This document shows positions 15,357 through 27,990 of a stretch of DNA of 64,000 bases, piece after piece. The translations under genes and the position numbers were made by a program. The notes below the pieces were generated by a model, which saw only the letters and a program-made list of their open reading frames with translations, did no database searches and was not told the origin of the DNA. Position 1 is the first letter of the stretch; every line of letters starts with the position of its first letter. The stretch lies in the NCBI RefSeq assembly GCF_009914755.1, contig NC_060947.1; one strand, given 5' to 3'. The stretch comes from the human T2T-CHM13v2.0 reference genome, Homo sapiens.

Positions 15357-17511
15357 GAAAGGGAGAATAAATTGATGGGAAGTTGCCCAAAGTTTGAGTT
15401 GCTAAATTGGAGGGCATGCAGGAAGCAGCATGGGAATGAAATTGTAAAGGGAGATGGAGCCCAGACTAGGAGTCACCTTGTAGGCCATGAAATAGGATTT
15501 GGGCCTGTTCTGTGGGATCCCTTAGGGGATATTGTTATACTCACTCTTAACATTATACTGACTCCCTAGCCAGGTCAAAGTACAATTTAAGCTGCCAATG
15601 AAATATATTGGCTTTAAATTTTTGTCACCATTTTTAAAGTGTAGTGTGGAACTGAAACATTATATAAACATTGTATAGACAAAAGAAACCATCTATTCTA
15701 AATATTCTTAAGCTGTTTGAATAATGATTGGTCTAAATGTATTCCTTTCACATAAATTATATAAACTCCCTTTGAAATGATGTATGAGTTAAATAAGCAA
15801 TTTTTATGTTAAAAAGTTCAGTAATTTTAAAAATGAAAATGCTCTTACTGAAGCCTCCAAATCATGCATACTATATACAATCTTTTATGTTGTAAATGTC
15901 CATGATAAAAGAAAACAAACAAAACAAGACATCAGCACCACCACCAATAAAATTTCAATCAGAAGGGATCACTTGGTTTGAAACTTTATGCAGCTCTCAG
16001 ATAGCCAGACTTTCTTTGTCAAAAACATTCAATACAATGTTTAGGAAGTGTCGTGTTTAACAGAAAACATCATGTGCTAATATTAATTTGGAAAATTCTA
16101 TGTGGTGGCTGACACCCTACAGTGTTCCAGTCTCTTGGAAGCTATTCGGGAATAGTGAGTGTTCCTTCTAACTGTTTTATGTGGGGGTATGTGGAATCTT
16201 CTAATCTCCAAAGCCACTAGGCTTCTATCCTGACTCTTATTTCCTGATATATGGACCCTCTTCTTAACTCTGGAGTGTTGGACTTTCTCTTTTCTGCCCT
16301 TCACTGGTGGCTTGGTTTAGTTTTCTGGTAACTGCATTTCTTCCTGAGCACATCCAGAATCTTCTCAGAGGAGGCAATCATTCCATTCTTTCCTTGTGAC
16401 ACCTCAATTCTCCATCTCCTTACCCAAAGAGCCTCCTTTATGTGTCACTTTCCCTTTGAAATTATCTTTTCTTTCTTAGAAAACTTTTCGTTTCTATTTT
16501 AAGAAAAGCTGGGTAACGTAAGAACATGAAACATTAAGAGGCAGATGGTAAATTGATTAGACATAAGATGCTTCGTATTTGTATCCTCTGTCCTGTTTTC
16601 CACTTTTTCTTCAGAAAGTAGTCCGTGACTTTGTATTCATAGCTGTTTTTCACTTTACATATCAAGAACCAATGTTTGGGAAACAAATAATTGTGAGTAA
16701 GTGGTTATATTGAGTTGCATATCAGAAGATATTTAATTTTATAGGTTAAATTTATAATATGAATTGCTATGGTATAATTTTGAGAAAAAAAATCATTTTT
16801 AGTCATTACAAATATTTATTAATGGCCACACTAGGAAACAAAGATTATGAGCCTCATATAGGATACATTTTTTGAACTTGCAAAGGAATACACCATATTT
16901 CATTAGGTCAGTAGGTCTTTCCCTCCTTAGGTATTGATACGCCTACAAGTGTAATGACGTGGCATTTATAATTTGGTAAAAATAATTAAAGTTCATTTTT
17001 GTGAACAACTTAGTTTTTAACCAATTAGAATCTACTTAGATACATTCTATAATTACATCACCCTAAGATATTTACAATCTGATCAATGCTATTTTTCATG
17101 AGGAAGAGTGATAGAATTAGAGCCACAGTCTAGCTGATGTAATTATAGCCATGGAACGAAACATATGTGCCTGCCATTTATCTCAGGTATCTCATTGAAA
17201 AAAAGGATGAGAAAAGCTGATCCAGAGTAGGTCACTAAGCATCATCCATAAATTGAGAATTGGTTCTCAAACAATAACTTTGAATCAGCAGAAATCCAGT
17301 GTTTGCTAAAAGCTATACATGAAGAGTTAAAGTAGTTGATCCCCTCAACTCTAGTCTCTGCTTATTTTTATATTAAAAGTCAAATGCTTGCTTTGTTCTG
17401 AAATTAATATACATATACACACATATATACATATATATATACACATATGAAATATAACATGAATATGTGGATTATATCAGAGCAAGTCATCATCTAAAAC
17501 TAGATTCTAGC

Positions 17512-17645
17512 TAATATTTCAGCAAATATGGGCTAAAAACCTATGTGGCCACAAAATATTGATACAGCTGTGAATAAATTAGGTATAATTCCTTCTAAAA
17601 TTTTCAGTCTACAGTGGAGACAGCCATTAAATAAATTATCATGTA
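17512..17645 (-). mobile_element. L2 3' fragment
   Basis: gatacagctgtgaataaa...ttttcagtctacagtggagacagccattaaataa. Confidence 0.55.
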
Positions 17646-17768
17646 CTAACCAAAATAAATAACTGCTTATCATTACTGAATTTCTGATGTTCTTGCAAAA
17701 ACAATTTGAAAAACTATATGTATAAATTTACTACTGAATATGGTAGTCATCCTTTAAAAGACAATTTA

Positions 17769-17818
17769 ATGGCTTCTTGGCCTTTTGGCTAAGATCAAGT
17801 ATAGTATCTGTTCTTATC
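17769..17818 (+). pseudogene. 3'-truncated U2 snRNA retropseudogene (U2 nt ~1-50)
   Basis: atggcttcttggccttttggctaagatcaagtatagtatctgttcttatc matches 47/50 nt of U2 as I recall it; 16-bp direct repeat tttaaaagacaat(t/c)ta at 17753-17768 and 17821-17836. Confidence 0.93.
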
Positions 17819-17965
17819 CATTTAAAAGACAATCTACCATAATACCTGAGGAAGAACATATATTTTATAATAACATAAATATAATACGTGTTCTCAAATA
17901 AAAATTAAGCCTTCTAACAAGTGATTTTACTTTTAGGCACGTAACTTCAAAAATATGGAAAAATG

Positions 17966-18259
17966 GACGCTGGGTGTGGTGGCCCAAACCTATAATCCCA
18001 GTGTTTTGGGAGGCCGAGGTGGGAAGATCACTTGAGGCCAGGAGTTTGAGACCAGCCTGGGTAACATAGTGAGACCCCATCTCTACCAAATTATTTTTTA
18101 ATTAGCTGGGTGTGGTGGTTCACACCTGTAGTCCTATCTACCTGGGAGGCTAAGGCAGGTGGATCACTTGAACCCAGGAATTTCAGGTTGTAGTGAGCTG
18201 TGATCACACAGCTGTGCTCCAGCCTGGACAACAGAGTGAGACCTTGTCTCTCAAAAAAA
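17966..18259 (+). mobile_element. AluJ
   Basis: gatcacttgaggccaggagtttgagaccagcctgggtaacatagtgagacccc; degenerate TSD aaaaa(t/c)atg(g/a)aaaaatg. Confidence 0.93.
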
Positions 18260-18268
18260 CATGAAAAA

Positions 18269-18399
18269 ATGTAACTACCTATATCTATATATCATATATA
18301 TGTGTGTGTATATATATACACACACATATATATATGATAATATGTAACTACCTATATCTATCTATTTTATATATATATATGTATATATATGTGTGTATG

Positions 18400-18433
<34 letters not shown>

Positions 18434-18438
18434 TATAT
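18269..18438. repeat. Duplicated (TA)/(TG)/(CA) compound microsatellite
   Basis: atgtaactacctatatctat at 18269 and 18342, each followed by TA/TG/CA runs. Confidence 0.9.
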
Positions 18439-18533
18439 TAGGTCCCACAGATGTACAAATTTTTAATGTACTTTTATTGTAAATAAACACTGCTGGATTT
18501 ATATATCAAAAATATTGCTGATTAAGACTTGAT

Positions 18534-18868
<335 letters not shown>

Positions 18869-20224
18869 TCATCAAATCCACTTCCTTAAATAGGTAAGAT
18901 TCTCCTTCGATGGTGCTAATTCCTTTGAGAATACTTGAATGAAAGGAGATGAGCGTTCATGTATTATTTGAATACTGAATCAATGCTTTCCTGAGTAACC
19001 TTGGTGATATGGTCCTTCCACATCTGAGAGTTTATTTTGCATCCCCAGATATTCTACCTTCATTGCAATTTTTCCTCCAATTGGTTTAGAAATGGTACAG
19101 AGGAAAGTTAGTAAAAGTAATCACTCTAAAAGTGAGTCATTTATTCTTTTATCCTATGTAAGTAAAAGAACTGAAAATCAAGCAGTTAGCTTTACCCTGT
19201 GGTCTCAAACATATGAGTTAAAAGACATAATAAAAACTATCAATGTGTCCAATATATTTGTCCTTAGCATCATTAATCTATTCCTTGTAAGGTTGGAGTT
19301 TATAAAATGAGACTCCATAAAGAGAGAGATACCTAGTCTAAATCAAAGTGTGTGCGTTATGACATAGTAGAATATATTGATAAGTTAACTGAAATCAGGT
19401 AATTGCGGGTAGATTGGCTTAACATGTCCAAAACATTCTGTGTAAGTTAAATGACTGGTAAGTAAAATGGTGGGACTCATGAAAGTTAATTTAATTATAT
19501 CAGTCAAAAATACATAAAATAATTTCAATACTGTTACAACCTCACTCTAGTAGGTGTTTCTCAGAGGCACTTGCTTCATTGTTTATTTGTCATCATTCCT
19601 AATAAACATATATTTGAGTTCATGTCATCTAAAAATAAATGGCCTACCCTACAGAGACATGGAAAACTGATGTAGGCATACACTCACCCAACATTTAATG
19701 ACCTGAATCCATCTCAATGACTTCCTTTTCTATTCAAATAACCAGTTTGGAATTTGATTTACTAAAATTAACTTTTGTGGTATTGTTTCAACAAAGGACA
19801 GCCTTTTGTGTGACAACCTATAATATTTAGCTACTAAAAGACCTACCATATTTCTCTCCCACTGAGAATTATTTGTTATCTAATATCACTTATAGACTTC
19901 ATGTAAATCAAATAATTATTTCTGGCTCTGCATGGTGTAAGGATGATTAAAAACTTGTCAAGCTATCAGAAGAATAAGGCCACTTCCCAGCATGGAATGA
20001 CATTATTTATTCTAGGTCCAATGATTGGTACCAGAACTGACCCTTAATAATAATATTTATGACATGGGGGTGGGAGGGGAGAAACCATTTAGAATGATTA
20101 GTCTTATCACAATCCTAAGGCATTAGAATTTTCAAAAGTGCTGAAATAATTGTGCAACTTTAAGGAAATGTATAAGAAGGTAGCTAAATTATCACTGAAG
20201 TTAGTGAACACTATGCAGTGCTAA

Positions 20225-21060
20225 TCATGTATGGCTTCTCAAAAGCATTTAACACTCTTGACAACTGTCCTCTTGAGATGCTGTACCTACTTCCCTCTCT
20301 GTTCTTCAACTTTTTCTCTATTCATTTGCTGTCTCTTTGGCTGTTTCTCTGTATTTTGTTCCTCCATTACATATTTGAATCCTGTGATTTGTCATGCATT
20401 ATCTTTGCTTTTCATTTTATGTGCTGTTCTGGAAAATTCTACTCCTTCAAGTGCGTTTACTGCTTTTCATATATTCTTTAGGCAAGATCTTTTTCTTGAC
20501 CTTCAGGCCCATATCAGCACACCAGGAGAAATCTCCCACTGATAACTCAGATTCATCCTGGATAAATTGATCTCATTATCTGTCATTCAAAACTGGCTTT
20601 TCATAATATATGGCTCCAAAATTCTTATAGTCATGTAGCAAAATTCCTGGGAGTTATTCTCCCTCACAGTCCCATCCATTAAAATCTGATAAGTGAACTG
20701 AAATGCTACTCAAAACTCTATTCTGGGTCTTCTTTCCCCACTACCCTGACTCATGTTCCCATTACCTGTCCATTATCACCATTCCAAAAGACTCTCTGCC
20801 TGAATTCTTGCACATCTATAATCCAGCTTCCCAAGTGTGTTTTTTTAATACACAGAAACGATTAGCCGCAACAGCCTTTAACAATACAAGACTGCCTGAA
20901 GTCCAAACATACTAACTTGACATAAGTATCCTTTGTGGTCATATGTTGAGCCTCCTTTCCAGCCTCCTTTAGCTTGGTCACCTTTGTGCTCTAAGTTTCA
21001 GCTATACTATGCTACCAAGGCATAGCAGGATGTTTCACACCTATATGCATGAGCATGATG
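20225..21060 (+). mobile_element. L2 LINE (RT region onward), degraded
   Basis: Translates GFSKAFNTLDN, resembling the L2/CR1 RT motif DLSAAFDTVDH; pyrimidine-rich L2 body follows. Confidence 0.6.
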
Positions 21061-21115
21061 TGTATGTGCATGGACACATATGTTTTACACAATTCTCACT
21101 GCTTATAAAACACAC

Positions 21116-21681
21116 TGCATCAGCTGTCTATTGTTACGTAACAAATTAGCACACATTTAATGGCTTAAAACAATACACATTTATTATTTCACAATTTCTG
21201 TAGGTTAGAAACCTGGGCATGGCCATGCTGGGTCCTTTGCTTCACAGTGTCTCATAGATGGCAATAAAGGTGTCAGTCAGGACTACAGTCTCATCTGAGG
21301 GCTCAACCGGGGAAGGATCTGCTTCTATATTCACTCAGTGGTTGTTGGCAGAATTTAGTTTCTCAAGGCCTTAATTCCTAACTAGGTGTTGGCCAGAGGC
21401 CTTTTTCAGTTCCTTACTACAAGGGCTTCTCTATAGGCAGCTGCCTCATAAGTATGGCAGCTGCTTCACCAAAGCCAACAGTGAAGAGAGTCTTTTAGCA
21501 AGATGAAGTTCACAATCTTACATAACCTAATCACTACAGTGATATTCCATCATCTTTGACATTTTCTATTTTGTAGGCAACTAGGTTTAGCCCACTCTGA
21601 ACAAGTTGGAATTACACAAAGATGCAACTATTAGGAGGCTGGGATTATGAGGAGCCATTTCAGAATCGACCACACCCACCA
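21116..21681 (-). mobile_element. MLT1 (E/F-like) MaLR LTR inserted in L2
   Basis: ggcttaaaacaatacacatttattatttcacaatttctgtagg...ggggaaggatctgcttc...gttgttggcagaatttagttt. Confidence 0.85.
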
Positions 21682-21689
21682 ACCCCACC

Positions 21690-21965
21690 TTCCTTTACCC
21701 CCATCAACCTGACAACACCTGCTCAAATTATTGAAGACTCATGTGACTTACCAAGACCTCAGTTTTTCAATATTTCCCAACAAACCCACCATGAAGTTGG
21801 TTACTCCTTTCTTCATACTCCCAGTACACCTCCAATATTATTTTTCAATTATTGTTTACATAGTTTTCTCTCCCGTCAATACTTTGAGAACAAAAAATGT
21901 AGTGTGTTATTTTCTACTCTCTGGTAAGATCAGTCCAAAGAAAGTGCTCATTAAATGTTGAATAA
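21690..21965 (+). mobile_element. L2 3' end (continuation)
   Basis: Ends aagtgctcattaaatgttgaataa. Confidence 0.5.
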
Positions 21966-22211
21966 TAATTGTTTAAAGTAAATAAAACCACAGATATTAA
22001 ATACATAAAATTATCTGGAAACAGGTAATTACCCCAGGGATAATTGACAGCTAACGATGTGCTTAACATCTGAATGTATCATTTACTTTAGTTAGAGTAC
22101 ACATGGTAATCTTTTGTGAGTGACATCACAAAGTGACAGATTCGGATGTCTCTATTATTTTTAAATTCTTTCAAATGAGAAACAACTATAAAATGAAATG
22201 CGATGTGGATA

Positions 22212-22470
22212 ATATAGTATAGTGGTTAAGATCACTGGCTTTAGCATCAGTCAATGGGATCAAATCCCACTTCTACCACTTATTAACTGTATGGTTTTGG
22301 ACAAGTTACTTTAACCTCTCTGTTCCTTTCTTTACTGGTCTGTGAAATGGGGTCTGAAATTGCACCTACCTCATAGGGCTGTTATAAAGATTAAATACAA
22401 TTATTTATGGAAAGCAGTTAATAAAGACCTAGTGTGTATTTGACTCTCAGTAAATGTCAATCATTATTAT
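22212..22470 (+). mobile_element. MIR, near full length
   Basis: tagtatagtggttaagatcactggc...caagttactttaacctctctg...acctacctcatagggctgtt...ctcagtaaatgtc. Confidence 0.9.
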
Positions 22471-22569
22471 CTCCTAGTATACTGAAATAGAAAGATGTCC
22501 ATAATATGAAACTTGGAGAGATGTATGTAAGTTGTTAATTATCTTTAATATATACATAGATATATACAG

Positions 22570-22733
22570 TTAATTCATCTATATGTTTGTATATGGGAAA
22601 ATTGGGAAGTATACACAGATTTTTAATAATGATTATTTCCAGGAATTAGGGAAGAGGTGAGGGTGGATAACTTTATTTTTTTATTTTGCAGATTATTGTA
22701 TTATTTGAATTATTCTAAATAAGCATATATCAC
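22570..22733 (+). mobile_element. Old L1 (L1MC/ME) 3' end fragment
   Basis: ggaagtatacacag...gattatttccagg...ttattgtattatttgaatt. Confidence 0.5.
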
Positions 22734-22734
22734 C

Positions 22735-23047
<313 letters not shown>

Positions 23048-23052
23048 TAATC

Positions 23053-23493
23053 TGTTATGGATTGGATATATTCGTCCAAAAAGATATGTTGAAATCCTAA
23101 CCCCAGAATGTTACTTTCTTTGGAAATAAGGACATTAGAGACATAATTAGTTAAGGTGAGGTTATGCTGGTGTAGGGTGGGCCCTAATTCAGTATGATTA
23201 GTGTCCTTATAAGAAGAGACATCTAGACACATAGGAGAGAACACCACTGGGTAATGAAGCCAGTGATTGAGTGCTGCAGCTGCAAGCCAAGGAATGCCAA
23301 GGATTGCTGACAGAGCACCAGAAGCTAAGAAGAGGCAAGGAAGGATTCCCCTACATGTTTCAAAGGGATCGTGGTTCCGCCAACACCTTGATTTGGACTC
23401 CTAACCTCCAGAACTATGAGCCAATACATGTCTGTTGTTTTAAGCCACTTAGTTTGTGGTTCTTTGCTACTGCAGGCCCAGAAAACTAACAGA
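23053..23493 (+). mobile_element. MLT1B/C MaLR solo LTR
   Basis: tgttatggattg...gtagggtgggccctaat...caagccaaggaatgccaaggattg...tttaagccacttagtttgtgg...gaaaactaaca. Confidence 0.92.
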
Positions 23494-24623
23494 TAGCCAA
23501 AATAAATTAATTAATATTTTTAAGTATATACAAAAAAGAAGAGAAAAGACAGGCAGTTGCATAGCTCATAAAATTATAATCTCTTGAAGTTGAAGCTTCA
23601 GGTTCATTTTGACTCTTACCTCTCCGGCCATGCCAATAGAATTATTAGTTTTTGACATCCCAGCCAAATATTTGACAAGCAGTTCATAAACTAATGGGAA
23701 GTGCTAAGAAATATAATATGGAGCTATTTCTTTCTATTCTGTTCCTCCATGAAATTTCTTCTATCCAATTTCCAATCATGCAAATCGTATCAAGAAGGCA
23801 AGTGATCCAAGGGTTAAGCAACATTTGATTGGCTGCTGTGACTGCATGTATCTAAAGAGAAATAGAAAGCAATTTGACTACGGTATGTGACTCAAGTGAT
23901 ATGTGTTTTAGATAAGTAATTAGAAACAAAACAAAAAGTCAATTAGTTTCTAGCCTGTCCTTCAACTGTTTAAAATATTATAGCAATAAAACTAATGGAG
24001 AGTTTTTTCCTAACTACATCAAAGTTATTAAAATGTAGAGTCAATTAGAAAAAAAATATAAGAATGTACATTCATAATTGTTGAATACTAACAACTCATA
24101 TCAAATGGACAAACTGTTTGACACCAATATATGTGGGAAAGGTCAGGGCTTCTAAAGAAATGTTTCTTTAATGATGAAACTTTCCAATTTTAATTTTTTT
24201 TAATTAGCATCTTATAGACGGAGGAAGAAGAGGGTCAAAAACAAAGAACTTTTTCTTGTCTTAATATGTATAGCCATGGAAGATGGCAGAAGGGAGTGAA
24301 AAAATTCAATCAATCATTTTTATAAATAAAACAAATGGAGAAAGCAGTGGAACCAGTAACCCCAATAATGGATCCTATATTATTATTTATTTTATTTGCC
24401 TATCTCTTTCACAGATATCTAGCTATTCATCAAGTAGACATTCCCTCCAAGGCACAAAGAAACACTGAAGTTTTAATCTACCATTGTTTAATTCTTTCTT
24501 CTGGCAGAAATACTTGTGTTCATAAGAAACTTTCCAAATTAATTAAACTTGTTTAAGGTTGATACTGGCCAGAGACTTTCCTGTCTTCCAATTTAAGAGA
24601 TTTTGATGAACATATGAGAATTA

Positions 24624-25056
<433 letters not shown>

Positions 25057-26423
25057 TCATTTCACAAATGTCAAGTATTGGCCATTATTCCTAATGTAAA
25101 AAACAAAACAAAACAAAAAAACAAAACAAACAAACAAAAAATACCCACCGTGTTTCACATTGTTCTGAAGTAGTTACTGTTGGTTATTATTGAGAGTGCA
25201 AACCACCCATGCTTCCTCTTGGGCTAATGCAGAGGTTAAACAGCCTGAGAATTACCTGCACCATGGAAATGTATTCTGGGGTTAATAAGAACAAAGTGTC
25301 CATCTTTGAGTTATTTTAACAACTAAACCCTAGAGACCAGAGATAAACTAAAGGAGAATAAAGAAATATAATTACATTGGACAGTAATGTCATGAAGAGT
25401 TAATTAATTAGGATTCAATGAGTCATAACTTATTTTGAAGATGTGGCATTTTAGAAAACCACCTAGCTTCATTCATATTACCCTCAGACATTAAAGGTGT
25501 AATTGTTGTCATTAGCATTTTAATTGGTCCTGTAATTTAATGGTTATACACGTGGTTGTTGTAAGGTCTTTTAAGCTGTTGGGATTTTAATATTTGACAT
25601 GTAGCTTGAAAAAATAATTATGACATTTCCCAGATCTGAGGTTGGCCTTTGCAGTTAATGACAACACTGCGTTTTCAAAATGGTTATTATTGATAGTACA
25701 AATACTCAAATGGCCTACAGAGCTACCTTCATCTGTACCATAGTTCTTTTTTTTGGAGATCACTGGGATTATCTAATCAGACCAACACTGCCACCATATT
25801 TAAGCAGTATGTAATGTATGGTAGATATATTGCAAAATGCCAAAAGAAAAGCACTTGTAGTAGTTTCTACTTGGAAAACAGTATTGTTACTAAAAGTTAT
25901 GGCAGAAATAATATTTTATTAACTGTAGGCCTTGATTGTCTTGATTGCAAATGCTAGGTACTATATTATGCACACAGCTTGAAATGTATGTGGCACAATG
26001 AATAAAAGCTTACTTTCCTAAAATATAAAATGATTGAGGAATTTGATGATCACATTTAAATATTTTCAAAAAGGGTTATTTTCTACCCAGCAGTAGAATA
26101 ATTGATAGATAATTACAAAAGAGGCTATGCCAAAATTATTGCTAGGCCCTTTATATTGAGACAATGGTCTTTATATAGTGTTTGATGAGAAATCTATCAT
26201 TTCCCTTGGGGTAATGGCCAGTTATTTACCACCGTAACAACTTAAATGACTCTGTTTCTAGACTTCTAGTTAGGGGCACTTCTTAAATCTTGAAAATGGG
26301 GCAAAGCATAAATTTCTAAGATTTACTTGGTTGTCTTCACCCTTAGTACATGGGGTGAGTTTCAGCTTACAAACCTGGCCTCTCCTCTGAAACTAGCAAG
26401 GAAGAACCAAGTGTCACAATATA

Positions 26424-26583
26424 GCAGGAGCTCTTAATCCGTCTGCACAATCATTGCGAGATGGGGAGTGGATAGGCTTCCCAGTCAGTGCCTCTGATTT
26501 GATTGGTCCAGATCTGGGGTGTGGACAATTTCTTATAAAGCTCTCAAGGTGATTCTAATATGCATCCAGGGCTGAGAACCACT
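26424..26583. mobile_element. MER5B-like hAT MITE
   Basis: aagctctcaaggtgattctaatatgcatccagggctgagaaccact end. Confidence 0.7.
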
Positions 26584-26600
26584 TCATTAGTGATTATTAG

Positions 26601-27001
26601 ATCGGTTCTCAAAATACAGCCTAACATTGATGGACTCTGTCGATGGCAATATCCTGGTTGTGATATCGTAGTATGGTTTTGCAAGAGGTTACCACCAGAA
26701 ACAATTGGGTAAAGGGTACGTGGAATAGACTCTGTCTGTATTATCTCCTAGAACTGCATGCAATTCTACAGTTATTTCAAAATAAAAAAGTTTAACTTAT
26801 TTGTTAATAGTCTGCCAGTGAACTCCATTAAACTTACTTGTGACTCTTAAAAGATGCAGACTTTTGGGCCCCATCACAGGTCTAGCAAATCGGAATACCT
26901 GTGGGTATGTCCTGGAATCTACATTTTTAAACAAGCTCACCAGGTGATTTTGCTGAAACACTGATTTAGCTACTTACATGTTTAGGTTTTGAGTAATACT
27001 G
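26601..27001. mobile_element. MER5A-like MITE split by an L1 fragment
   Basis: ggttctcaaa start; aaagatgcagacttttgggcccc...ggaatctacatttttaaacaagctcaccaggtgatt. Confidence 0.65.
26622..26800 (+). mobile_element. L1MB/MC 3' end
   Basis: caatatcctggttgtgatat...ttttgcaagaggttaccac...gggtaaagggtac...aaaataaaaaagtttaa. Confidence 0.8.
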
Positions 27002-27174
27002 GGCACCTGGACAGTCCTAGGTAAGTGAGAATTAGGCAAACTGGCACACTAAGTTCCCTGCCCTATTCAGTATTCTGCTATTCCTGCTACACTTGTCTTA
27101 AAAAAATAGGATTTCATATACCAAGGTGTTATGATGATACTAAGGCACACTAATGCATAAAAATAATATATAAT

Positions 27175-27245
27175 GAATTATTCAGTCATTCAACAATTTT
27201 TTTATTGAGTACCTATTATGTGCCAGGTACAGTTCTAAGCATTGC
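27175..27245 (-). mobile_element. L2 3' end
   Basis: cattcaacaa...tattgagtacctattatgtgccaggtac. Confidence 0.7.
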
Positions 27246-27259
27246 TTTTAAGAATGAGT

Positions 27260-27455
27260 ATAAGAATAACATTTGTAAGCCTATCACCTCAGGCATTCTG
27301 ATAGTACGTGGATTTCTTATTTAAGCTTCACAACCACCCTGATGTAGGTTCTTTTATTCTCCCCTCTTTGCACAAGAAAACACTGAAACAAGCTGTTTTA
27401 TGTACATTGCTAAGGATCTAGAAGTAAAAACTTTGAATCTGAAATCAGATTTCGA
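27260..27455 (-). mobile_element. MIR
   Basis: tttaagcttcacaaccaccctgatgtaggttcttttattctcccc. Confidence 0.6.
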
Positions 27456-27459
27456 CTGT

Positions 27460-27620
27460 TTCTTTATGGTAAAATATACATAACATAAAGTTTACCTTTT
27501 TAACTATTTGAAGTGTACAGTTCAGTGACATTAAATACCTTCACACACTGTGCAACCATCACCACCATCAATCTCTAAAACTTCTCCATCTTTCCAAACA
27601 GAAATCCAGTACCTATTATA
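27460..27620 (-). mobile_element. L1M(A/B) 3' end
   Basis: ggtaaaatatacataacataaagtttacc...aagtgtacagttcagtgacattaaatac...gtgcaaccatcaccacc. Confidence 0.85.
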
Positions 27621-27799
27621 CAATATCAGGGGCTGTTTTTATTATACAGTATATGACACCCCCCCACCAAAGAAACCTTTAATTGTAGAACTTTATACAA
27701 AAGGTAAAGAAAACAATTTGGGAGAAAAGCCTCTCGCCAGCATTTCTTCAATCACACAACATATTATAGAAAAGCTGCTGTGTGTAAGATCAGCCTTGA

Positions 27800-27990
27800 T
27801 CTGGCTGTATTTTTATTGAATCTAAAAAAAAGTAATTATCAGAACTATTGTTATAACTTAACCCATTTGTGCTGCAATTGCTTCTCATTTGTGAAATAGA
27901 CACTAATAAGGCATACTAATGGAATCTTTAGTGTGAGTATTTATTAAATCACTAATGTATGTGAAACACTTAGAACATTGCCTGGCATTT
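27800..27990 (+). mobile_element. MIR (degraded)
   Basis: cttctcatttgtgaaatag...tgtatgtgaaacacttagaacattgcctggca. Confidence 0.6.
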
